From positions 120,364,108-120,428,107 of the forward strand of contig NC_068981.1 of the NCBI RefSeq assembly GCF_001194135.2: a stretch of DNA of 64,000 nucleotides. The letters are read 5' to 3'. A program made the translations under genes and the position numbers. Under the pieces are notes generated by a model. It saw only the letters and a list, made by a program, of their open reading frames with translations. It searched no databases and was not told where the DNA came from. The DNA comes from Octopus bimaculoides (Eukaryota). This document shows positions 1 through 10,500 of this stretch, piece after piece; positions within the stretch are counted from its first letter, which is position 1, and each line of letters opens with the position of its first letter.

Positions 1-70
<70 letters not shown>
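1..70. repeat. Compound (AT)n(GT)n microsatellite, representative of dozens in the window
   Basis: Direct inspection. Confidence 0.95.
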
Positions 71-73
<3 letters not shown>

Positions 74-345
74 GATGCATTGCCTAGTGGTTAGGGTGCT
101 GCTCTCAAGATTTCTAGATTGTGGGTTCGATTCCCGGACCAGATGCCACTTAATGTTCTTGAGCAAATCACTTCCTTTCATGTCGCTCTGCAATCATTTT
201 GATATCTGACATGTGACACACTTGTGCACCTGTATAGGCAATGTCGATTTGATGGAGGTAGTGAGCTAATGTACAGCACATACATTTGATCACTAGAAAG
301 AAATCATTTGTGCAGGTCATTTAGCAAAAACTGAACACTCATACA
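71..345 (+). mobile_element. tRNA-derived SINE (family A head, CORE-like middle)
   Basis: A-box-like tgcctagtggttaggg, B-box-like ggttcgattcc, then cttgagcaaatcactt; homologous heads at 6215, 23835, 28943, 29096, 50170 and on the minus strand at ~5145 and ~46335. Confidence 0.75.
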
Positions 346-402
346 TTGTCTTTGACTGGAGATTCCTGCATATGTATATATATATATATATATATTTATA
401 TA

Positions 403-1200
403 CTAGCAGTAATACCCGTCGTTGGTCAGGTAATTACTTTTACTGTTTCTCGGGAGTCACATTCAAAGTATTATTATATATATAATTTACTCCTCCTGTA
501 TGTGTGTATTTTTTATAACAGAAAAATATGTAATAATTGAAGTAGAAAAAAGATCAATTTCATACATGAACTTGTGTTTGTTTATTATATGACCATAATA
601 AGTGAGTTGTATGCATTATTTTATTTATCAATATAGTAATGGCAACTATATAATACAGTTTATTTAAATAGGTAATTACTCGATCTTGAATGTAATGATA
701 TTAATGGTAAATTAAGTTATTGAAGTATTCATGTTGCATTAAGAGTGAATATTTCTTTATAAATAATGTTTTTTGTTTTATTACAGGGTGCATAAGCAGA
801 AAGATTTGCTTTTGATCCCACACATGATGCTCCTACATAAAGTTGGCCATGTAAAAAGCATGGCTGTCCAAGTTGCAATCCAGCAACTTTAAGTGTTTGG
901 CCCTGCCTTTTATTAATGCTCATGGCAAAGGAAACACAGATAGGAAACTGTAACTGCTTAAATTGGAATGGGGCATTAGATGGCATAACTGGTATGCTAA
1001 GAATAAAGACAGTGTCACATTTACCACAACCAGTGAGAATATTCACCTCAATGCAGTTCCTCATAGGTTTGTGCACAATTAGTGTTGTACCATTGCATAA
1101 TTTTTGTTGAGACAAATTAGACAATAGCATAATAGGAAATATAAAGAAAAGCATAATAGCTTCCAGAATAGCCTCCCTTGAACCATTTACTTTCACTTTG
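403..1200 (-). mobile_element. Helitron 3' fragment: PIF1-like helicase C-terminus plus 3' hairpin and CTAG end
   Basis: ORF 729-1355 contains LCNGT-L, FP-----AMSINK-QGQTL, HGQLYV--S-V helicase motifs; minus-strand terminus acctg-accaacga-cgggt hairpin then CTAG (403-406) followed by T in an AT tract. Confidence 0.88.
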
Positions 1201-1251
1201 TTGGAGAGACAAACACACAAATGAACAGAATCTTTTATATCTATATCTATA

Positions 1252-1328
<77 letters not shown>

Positions 1329-1508
1329 GTATTGAATTTGAAGGATACAAGACATTCTTGGAGAGTCATTGTATTCATTGTTGTTGTGAGGCTAAGAAAA
1401 TTGCTTTGCAGTCATTTATATATATATATATATATATATGAATATATAATATATATGCATATGTATATACATATACATATATATATGTATGTATATGTCT
1501 ATATATAT

Positions 1509-2377
1509 CATCATCATCATCGTTTAACGTCCGCTTTCCATGCTAGCATGGGTTGAACGATTTGACTGAGGACTGGTGAAACCAGATGGCTACACCAGGC
1601 TCCAATCTGATTTGGCAGAGTTTCTACTGCTGGATGCCCTTCCTAACGCCAACGACTCCAAGAGTGTAGTGGGTGCTTTTACATGCCACCGGCACGAAGG
1701 CCAGTCAGGCGGTACTGGCAATGGCCATGCTCAAAATGGTGTACTTTATGTGCCACCCGCACAAGAGCTAGTGTAGGGGCACTGGTAACATTCTCGCTTG
1801 AAAGTCCTTACACATGCCACGGGCACAAGTGCCAGAAAGGCGACGCTGGGCACAGGTGCCATCACGATTTTGCTTTCGCTTGCCCCAACAGGTCTTCGCA
1901 AGCTGAGTTTCGTGTCCAATGAAGGAGACAACGTTGACATGGGTGCCAGTCGTCGAATTTAGTTCGATTTCGATTTCACTTGCCTCAACAGGTCTTCGCA
2001 AGNNNNNNNNNNNNNNNNNNNNNNNNNNNNNNNNNNNNNNNNNNNNNNNNCAAGTGGAGTTTAGTGTCCAATGAAGGAAAGGTATGCATAAGTGGGCTGG
2101 CTACACCCCTGGTAGAGGCCTTGGATTTAGGTCTCACTTGGCTTGCCGGGTCTTCTCACGCACAGCATATTTCCAAAGGTCTCGGTCAGAAGTCATCGCC
2201 TTGGTGAGGCCCAATGTTCAAAGGTCTTGCCTCACCACCTCATCCCAGGTCTTCCTGGGCCTACCTCTTCCACAGGTTCCCTCAACTGCTAGGGTGTAGC
2301 ACTTTTTCACACAGCTATCCTCGTCCATTCTCGCCACATGACCATACCAACGCAATCGTCTCTCTTGCACACCACAA

Positions 2378-2378
<1 letters not shown>
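1509..2378 (-). mobile_element. 5'-truncated RTE-clade LINE (ORF2 C-terminus, 3' UTR, (GAT)n tail)
   Basis: Highly similar to the plus-strand copy 14780-15645; encodes GRPRKTWDEVV-type RT C-terminus; ends in catcatcat. Confidence 0.85.
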
Positions 2379-2413
<35 letters not shown>

Positions 2414-2968
2414 CATACACATATATATATATGTATGATTAAATCTGTGCATGTGTGGGTCAGTCTCTGTCTCTATTTTCTTGTTTCTTTTTGTCTGTGT
2501 GTGTATGTAGTGCGTATATGTATGTCTGTGGATATGTATTTCATATGTGTGCATGTGTATGTGTATGTAGACATATTTATACATACATAAATATATACAC
2601 ACATATATGTGTGCCTGTGTGTGTATCTTTGCTGTGTGTCTGCATATGTTTTTTTGAGTGCGTGCACATGTGTATATATACATATATTTTTTCTATTTTT
2701 TAAAAACTTTTTCTATTAGTAAATCTAATTGCCTTTTGAACATACACATTTTTTTATATACATCAGTAATGACTTTCTCACTGGTAATATCTTTCCTCTA
2801 TATTGCAAAAATTTAATTGCTTTCCCAAATAAATTGCACTTCATATTCAAGGCTTCGATGAAGCTATTCAGACACTCATCTACAAGTCCACTGTGTCTTA
2901 TAGCAGAAACAGCTGTTAGCTAATGAAATTCATAACATAACCATTTGTTTCTCCTGTGTCATCTCTTT

Positions 2969-3028
<60 letters not shown>

Positions 3029-3107
3029 TCTTATGCAGTAAAGGCAACTCTAATACAATAAATATTGTTAAATACATATACTAATGTATAGGCTTTGTGT
3101 ATTTTCT

Positions 3108-3702
3108 GGTGGCTTAGACCCATGGACAGGCGAGATAACTCACCCTCAAGATCTTCATCCGCATAAAACGATGTTGTGCATATGGTGGGACTGGGAAGGG
3201 ATTATCCATTACTAATTGCTTGAACGGAACCAAATGGTCAACACAGAACTCTATGTTCAACAGATGGAACGACACAACATGGCTATTCAAGAGAAAAGAC
3301 TTAATCAGCAGCATGGAGTTCTGCTGCATGACAATGTCCGCCCTCATATCGCCAATATGACCAAGGAAGCCATTCAAATGCATGGCTGGGAAGTACTGTC
3401 ACACCTGACGTACTCTCCTGATTTGGCACCAATAGATTTCCACCTCTTTCGATCTCTTTCAAATGCTATGTGTGGAGTTTCATTCAATACTGATGCAGAA
3501 TTGAGAGCTTGGTTGAATCAATTTTTTGAGTCGAAATCGGGTGATTTCTACCAATGAGGTATTGAAAATCTTGTTGAACGTTGGGAAGAAGTTGTAAACA
3601 ATAAGGGTGAATACATCATTGATTAATTAGTTGCTATTTTTTATTAAACCTTTCAAAAAATTTAAATTTAAAAAAACTGCGGGAACTTAGTGGCCAGCCT
3701 AA
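3108..3702 (+). mobile_element. Mariner (DD34D) transposase 3' remnant with right TIR
   Basis: MLCIWWDWEGII, LLHDNVRPH, YSPDLAPIDFHLF, LVERWEEVVNNKGEYIID; TIR gcgggaacttagtggccagccta followed by TA; internal stops. Confidence 0.92.
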
Positions 3703-4463
3703 TATATATATATATATATATATCTATATAATCATCATCATTTAACATCCACCTTCCATGCTGGCATGGGTGCGACATTTTTACAAGAGCTGGCCAGGTA
3801 GAAGCTTTCACCAGACTTCTGTGACCATTTTGGCAGGATTTTAACAGCTGAATCCCTTTCCTAACACCAACCACTCAGCAGAGTGGACTTAGCGCTTTTT
3901 ACATAGTACAAACACAGATGATATATATATAATTTAGAGAAAAACCACTATTAAATAATTCAATAATGAAGAATGTAATTCACACCCTCTAGAAAATAAA
4001 TATATCATAAAAAAGCCTTATTCTAAAAATCAATAAAGTACATAAAAGAATAACTAGTAAATGATATAAAAATGACTACACATGTTTTGTGGCTATATAT
4101 TCAAATAGATAACTAATAAAACCAATTCGATTAATAATCAAAATGCTCTACAATTAAATCTATTCGAAAATATAGTCACTCGTCAGGTCTAAAATAAAAT
4201 ATAAATAATAATAATAATAATAAAAAGATCAATGTACATATTGTAACTTATAATAAATATCAAATAAATATATAAAAAAATACTTAACAATAAATAAATG
4301 TGAAGTATATTTGCCACTTAAATGTGGCTAACCCCTAAGGGTGAATGCTACTGTAGCTTGTAGCTCCAGGAGAACATCTCCTCCAGCTGGCTATTGACAC
4401 ACTTTCTGTGCCCTGTCGGTATTTGCAAAGGGAAGTCATCCTCTCCATCGTCGATCTGACGTG

Positions 4464-4512
4464 ATATGCAAGGACCCGGGTTTCTGGGTATTTACCCTTC
4501 ATCAGCGTACGA
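4464..4512 (-). ncRNA. Degenerate minimal type I hammerhead ribozyme motif
   Basis: Minus strand reads CTGATGA-AGGGT-AAAT-ACCC-A-GAAAC-CCGG-GTC; palindromic stem III ACCCGGGT; stem I weak. Confidence 0.6.
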
Positions 4513-4769
4513 CAATCACCAATCTTCGATGCGAAGGGCTCCCAATGCAAATACATATATATAAATAAATGAATAATTGTAAAACATTTAACAATATTTC
4601 TTAAAATAAAATCATAACTTATCTTATCTTATGAGTGCGTGCATGATGGGCTTAATAAAAGCCCCCATCTAACAAATTCACTCACCAGGTATTGGTAAGC
4701 CTAAGGTAATAACAGAAGATATTTGCCCAAGTTGCCATGCAAGAAAACTGAACCTGAAACCGTGTAGTT

Positions 4770-5145
4770 GCTAAGCAAATTTGTTAACCATACTGCCATG
4801 TCCATGCCTACACAAAAACCCCCCACTTCGGTCATGAATGACCATGGGATTGTACCTAGGAAGTCACCCTCTGTAGCACAAGTTCTGGCAAGGTTGTTTA
4901 TGGAAGACCAGCAGTGGCCCATGCATACCAACTTTCTCTCTCCATGCCACCAATGTCATCCAAGGGAAAGGCAAAAGCCGATACAACTTGGCACCAGTGA
5001 CATAGAAACTCATTTCTACAGCTGCGTAAACTGGAACAACATGAGATAAAATGTCTTGCTCAAGAGCAACACACTGCCCGGTCCAGGAATCAAATTCACT
5101 ACCTCATAATTGTGAACCTGATGTTGTAACCACTGAGATATATCC
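4770..5145 (-). mobile_element. tRNA-derived SINE (family A head, alternative tail); second copy at ~46000-46335
   Basis: Same head and core as 71-345 but a different 3' tail, shared with the 46 kb copy. Confidence 0.7.
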
Positions 5146-5177
5146 TTTTTATGCTTATATATATATACATACATACA

Positions 5178-5213
<36 letters not shown>

Positions 5214-6214
5214 TACGTGCAGCTGTANNNNNNNNNNNNNNNNNNNNNNNNNNNNNNNNNNNNNNNNNNNNNNNNNNNNNNNNNNNNNNNNNNNNNNNNN
5301 NNNNNNNNNNNNNNNNNNNNNNNNNNNNNNNNNNNNNNNNNNNNNNNNNNNNNNNNNNNNNNNNNNNNNNNNNNNNNNNNNNNNNNNNNNNNNNNNNNNN
5401 NNNNNNNNNNNNNNNNNNNNNNNGTGTATCATTATAGATTATGACACCACCAATGACACTGCTGCTGCCTATGATTTTGCTGGTGATGATGGCTATGATG
5501 ATAATGATGCTGATATAACCAAAACATTTTATTAGAAAACATATAACAGCATGTGAAATACATAATGACTATGTGTCTGTCTGGCTATTTGGTTAAACAC
5601 TTGCAAACATTTCTATTGTGTAGGTAATGGAATAAATATCTCTAGGCAAAAAACAAAAAAAAAAAGAAGAACAAAGGACAACTAAAAAGAAAGATGAAGT
5701 TCAAATGAAAAAAGGAACACATTACTTTTTTTAAAAATCAATACATTGATTTATGTTCAGCAAAGCGAAAGACCCAGGATTTACAGAGAACGATGTGTAT
5801 ATATATACATATATAAGGCAAATAAGAAAATGGGGAGGATATAAAATCAACAAACTCATACAGACATATATATATACATATATATACATATATACATATA
5901 TACATATATATATACATATACAGCCGTCTGGCTGTACAGCCTTTTTGTTTGTTGCACCTTGTTTACCATTTTGTCCTTGTTCTTTTGCCACGTCATGTAC
6001 CCAGTTATGTATCTATATGTACATGTAGATGAACGTATATACATACATGTACATATATATGCATATACTCATATATTGTTTATATATATATGTATATGGT
6101 TTCGCCAAAAGCAGAAAATGTTTTGCTGTATAAGTTTCACCAATCCGATTATTTCTTCTCTTGTGCTAAATGTGGATTTGAACCTTGAGTCACAAACCTT
6201 AACTTCTAAGTCAT

Positions 6215-6535
6215 GTGTGAAGGTGCATGGCTTCGTGGTTAGGGTATTCAGCTTGTGATCATAAGGTCATGAGTTTGATTCTTGGTGGAACATTGTGTCC
6301 TTGAGTAAGATGCTTTATTTCTTGTTGCTCCAGTCCACTCAGCTGACAAAAATGAGTTGTACCTGTAAATTCAAGGGGCCAGCCTTGTTTGTCACATTCT
6401 GTGTCACACTGAATCTCCTTGAGAACTACATTCTTGGTGTGAGTGCTCAACCACTTGGACATTAATTTCACTGGCAGGCTGTTCCACTGACCAAATCAAC
6501 TGGAACATTCATTATCGTAACTGACAGAATGCCAG
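6215..6535 (+). mobile_element. tRNA-derived SINE (family A); second copy at ~50170-50495
   Basis: ggcttcgtggttagggt head, ctccagtccactcagctgacaaaaatgagt core, tail shared with 50170-50495. Confidence 0.75.
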
Positions 6536-6936
6536 GCCACATTTAGCAGAAAGAAATAATTAAGTAAAAAAGAGGAATAAATGATTGAAAACAAAAATAT
6601 TAGTTATTTATTCATTTTCATTCACATGTGAAGACATGTGAAGATAAACATGGTCCTGTGGTTAAGAATTTTGTTTCCCAGCCATTTGGTTTTAGGGCTC
6701 TCCCCATTGCAAGGCACTGTGTGTAGATGTCTTTTACTAGAGTCACAGGCTGACCAATATTTTTTGGGTAGAATTGGTTGATGGAAACATTTGCAGCCAG
6801 TTGTGTACACACACACACACACATTATTTTCTTTTTTTTGGAACACTAGATTTGAAAGCATATAAAGTTATAAGTAAAAGCATGTAAATATTGGGACATG
6901 AGTAGTCTTTGGTATTTTCTATCTGAGCAATGGAGT

Positions 6937-6990
6937 AAGCACTTCTGATGAGTCTGAAACTAACAGACGAAACTGGTCCAGTGCTTTGCT
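6937..6990 (+). ncRNA. Type I hammerhead ribozyme motif
   Basis: aagcactt-CTGATGA-gtctg/aaactaa/cagac-GAAAC-tg-GTC-cagtgctt: 5-bp stem II, 7-bp stem I, GUC site. Confidence 0.75.
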
Positions 6991-7177
6991 AATGTCAGTA
7001 TATATAAATTGTGTAATTCATGCAGCCTTAAGGATTTTAACTCTTATTTCTTGCAATATAGGTGCTATTCAGCATCCTCAGCCAATATTAGTGATGATGA
7101 AATTTTTCCTTTAAGGTTTCATATTGTGCGGCTGCATGGAAGGCAAATGTTAAACAACGGTGATGATGATATATATA

Positions 7178-8274
7178 CAGGGTGAGGCAAAAGTCATGCA
7201 CCACAGGGATCATCATCATTTAACATCTGCTTTCCATGCTAGCATGGGTTGGACGATTTGACTGAGGACTGGTGAACCAGATGGCTACACCAGGCTCCAA
7301 TCTGATTTGGCAGAGTTTCTACAGCTGGATGCCCTTCCTAATGCCAACCACTCCAAGAGTGTAGTGGGTGCTTTTACCTTTTATGTGCCACCGGCATGAA
7401 GGCCAGTCAGGAGGTACTGGCAACAGACACGCTTGAAATGGTGTATTTTACGTGCCACCTGCACAGGGGCCAGTCCAGCGGTACTGGCAACGAACTCGCT
7501 CGAATGTCTTTTCATGTGCCACTGGCACAAGTGCCAGGAAGGCGACATTGGTAATGGTCACGCTCAAATGGTGCTATTTACGTGCCACCAGCATGGAAGC
7601 CAGACAGCTGGTGCTATGGCAACGATCATGCTCGGACGGTGCTCTTAGTAATTTACTGGTACAGATGCCATCACGATTTCGCTTTCGCTTGCCCCAACAA
7701 GTCTTTGCAAGCCGAGTTGAGTGTTCAATGAAGAGACGTTGGCATGGGTGCCTGTCTACAAATTTAGTTCGATTTCGATTTCACTTGCCTCAACAGGTCT
7801 TCGCAAGTGGAGTTTAGTGTCCAGGAATAATTTATTGAAAGTATAATTACACAAGAAAATTTATTTGCTAGTTATTTAATTGTTATGTGTGCTGTTCAAA
7901 ATGTCTCCCTTCCTTTTCATAGCACATTTGGGACTGTTTGTAAGAGTTTCTAAACCAATTTCAGTTTGCCACTTCAAGGGTCAGCAACACTATCAGTTTC
8001 TTTAAAATGATTAATTAGATGCCCAACAGTTGACTTATGAATTGGAAGTCTGTGTGAATTCTACCTGTTGAATTCCTCTGCAACAGATCTGTGAGTAGCA
8101 CCTGCTTTCTCATTCATGAATACTAAGGTAATTCATTTATTCTTTGTTAGTTTTTTTACCCATCTTGCTTTGTCAAAATTGTTTCTGCAAATAAGAAAAT
8201 ACCTGAAAAAATTAGATATTTTAAACATTATTAATTAATATACTGCTATGGTGTGTGAATTTTATTCCACCCTG
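7178..8274 (-). mobile_element. Tc1-like element with both TIRs, interrupted by an RTE 3' UTR insertion (~7210-7822)
   Basis: TIRs cagggtgaggcaaaagtcatgcacc / ggtgtgtgaattttattccaccctg; minus-strand HTH-like remnant (KSTV..LI..FKET.SVAD) near 7960-8090. Confidence 0.7.
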
Positions 8275-8588
8275 CATGTGTGTATATATATACACACACA
8301 TACAAAATATGGGGGTTTAGTTCACAGGTGATCAAATTAACTAGGTATACTTGGTAAGTACTGTAACGGATTACTAGGGCTCCAAGGTTATAGCCAAAAC
8401 GATAGCTATGGAGCCAATGCAGATTTTCGATATAGTGGATATATAATTGTTAAAGACGTTAAGGCAAGGCAGACATTTCAAGTCATATACATTATTATTA
8501 TTGGAAAAAAAAATTTTTTCTTCCAATAATAATAATGTATATGACTTGAGATGTTTGCCTTGCCTTAATGTTTGTTGTCCTTGTTAAC

Positions 8589-8624
<36 letters not shown>

Positions 8625-8850
8625 CGTGAGAGAGTTAGGGGTTGGGGGTACAACCCACTAAGGGATAGTATCTATCCAGTATACTGCTGGGAGGGTACCC
8701 AATTATTGCTACGCTAGTGCTANNNNNNNNNNTGCCAACATGGTTTACATATAGAAGTACAAAGTACATAAGGAATTAGAGGATGAACAGAAGTTTAATC
8801 TTACAGCTGTTACGGCCTAGTTTTGGCAGACCCCATTCTATCCGAATATT

Positions 8851-8894
<44 letters not shown>

Positions 8895-9284
8895 TGTGTG
8901 TCTGTTTTCCTATTGTTTGCAGGTTGCATAAACTCACCATGTAGATGGTGTTAGTCATTTGAATGACCAAGAGAAAACATTATCTTATTTGGAGACAAGT
9001 GAGTGTTGGCAACAAGAATAGCATCCAACCACAGAAAAATTTTGTCAGTAAGACTTGTCTGATCCTCTCTGGCATGGAAAAATGATTGTTAAAACAATTT
9101 TGTTAATGATGATGACAATGCTTGCATGAAAAATAAAGGAAAAAGCCATCTCCAACAGGTTTTAATTCAAAATAATGAGGTACCAAACGCCTACCTACTT
9201 GTCTACAATATTGTACATCTACTTAAAGATTCTTTCTTCATTAGTTTGACAAGTGAAATGAAGTTTATACTTTACTGATGAGGT

Positions 9285-9523
9285 TTAACCCTTCAGCATT
9301 TAAACTGACCATATCCAGCCAAGATGATCTACCCAGTTTTTTCATGTTCAAACTGGCCAAATTCAGCCTCTCACACCTATCCTACAATGTCATTCTAAAA
9401 ATAAACAATCATATTATTCAAACCTGGCAGCTACGAGATAATGCCAGATTAATTCAAAACAATGTGAATGTGAACAAATAAGCATTACATTTGACAAAGT
9501 ATAACTGAATGCTAATGGGTTAA
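9285..9523. mobile_element. piggyBac-like MITE with TTAA target duplication; copies at 46568-46779, ~49360-49581, 54732-54938 and partial at ~47826
   Basis: ttaa-CCCTT.AGCATT ... AATGCTAA.GGG-ttaa termini repeated in several copies. Confidence 0.8.
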
Positions 9524-10054
9524 TAATATGTTTATATCTGGGCTTGTCTCCTGCACAGCCTGAAATGATTGAAATAATATTAGTCATTGAGCTAATGTTG
9601 TCTTATTTTCACTGTATCATTATTTCTAATAAAGTCTGTTTTACATGCTCATTACTTTAAAAAAATACGTTAATACTATACACATATAGATTATCTTGTT
9701 ATCAACAACACCTGAGAACATTAGATACAACCTACCAATACACTCAACAACAAAAACACATAGTTATACTATATAGAAGACACTGGAGTTACAAAAACAA
9801 CATCCTTATAAGATTCACACCAAATGTAGTAAACAGGAAAAACAGGAAATCAATGCACAAACATACTTAGAGCACTCTCAAATTCCAGCTTAGGGCAACT
9901 GAATGGAAAAAATATATCATGCAGATGATACATTAAATCAGTGATTCTCAATTGAGGTCCATATGATGAGGGGGCTCCATGTAAGATTTTGTTGTTAAAA
10001 TTTATATGCCATAGATTGGTTAAACTTCTACAATACACAAAATATTTTAACAAT

Positions 10055-10212
10055 AGGAGCAGACATGGCTGGGTGGTCAGAAGCTTGCTTCTAAACCACA
10101 AGGTTCCAGGTTCAGTCCCACAGCATGGCACCTTGGGTAAGTGTCTTCTACTATGACCTTGTGAGTGGATTTGGTCAATGGAAACTGAAAGAAGCCCATC
10201 TCTTTCTCTCTC

Positions 10213-10263
<51 letters not shown>

Positions 10264-10500
10264 CTGTCAGTGTGTGTGCATTTGTGTCTATGTTTGTGTC
10301 TATGCTTGACAACCAGTGTTGGTGTGTTTATGTGCCTGTTACTTAGTGGTTCAATGAAAGACTCTGATAGAATAAGTATCAGGCTTGAAAAGAAACAAGT
10401 ACAGGGGTTGATTCATATGACTAAAAATTCTTCAAGGCAGTGCCCCAGCATGGTTGCAGTCTAATGACTGAAACAAGAAAAAGATAAAAGATAAATAAAA
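10055..10500 (+). mobile_element. tRNA-derived SINE family B, split by an internal microsatellite; more than ten copies in the window (e.g. 11780-12160, 29490-29885, 29895-30260, 38520-38910, 47080-47465, 53610-54000, 61700-62065)
   Basis: ggctg.gtggt.agaag.ttgctt head, gggttcagtccc B-box-like, ggaaactgaaagaagcc then microsatellite, 3' half ending cagtc.aatgactgaaacaag. Confidence 0.8.

Noticed and set aside
71-160. tRNA-like sequences at SINE heads (also 10055, 19945-20160 and others)
   Set aside because: A/B-box similarity only; no complete cloverleaf, and each continues into SINE body.
8790-8835. Minus-strand ccGTAACagctGTAag resembling a hammerhead GAAAC-AGCT-GTA
   Set aside because: Core is mutated, CTGATGA is absent and stem I does not pair.
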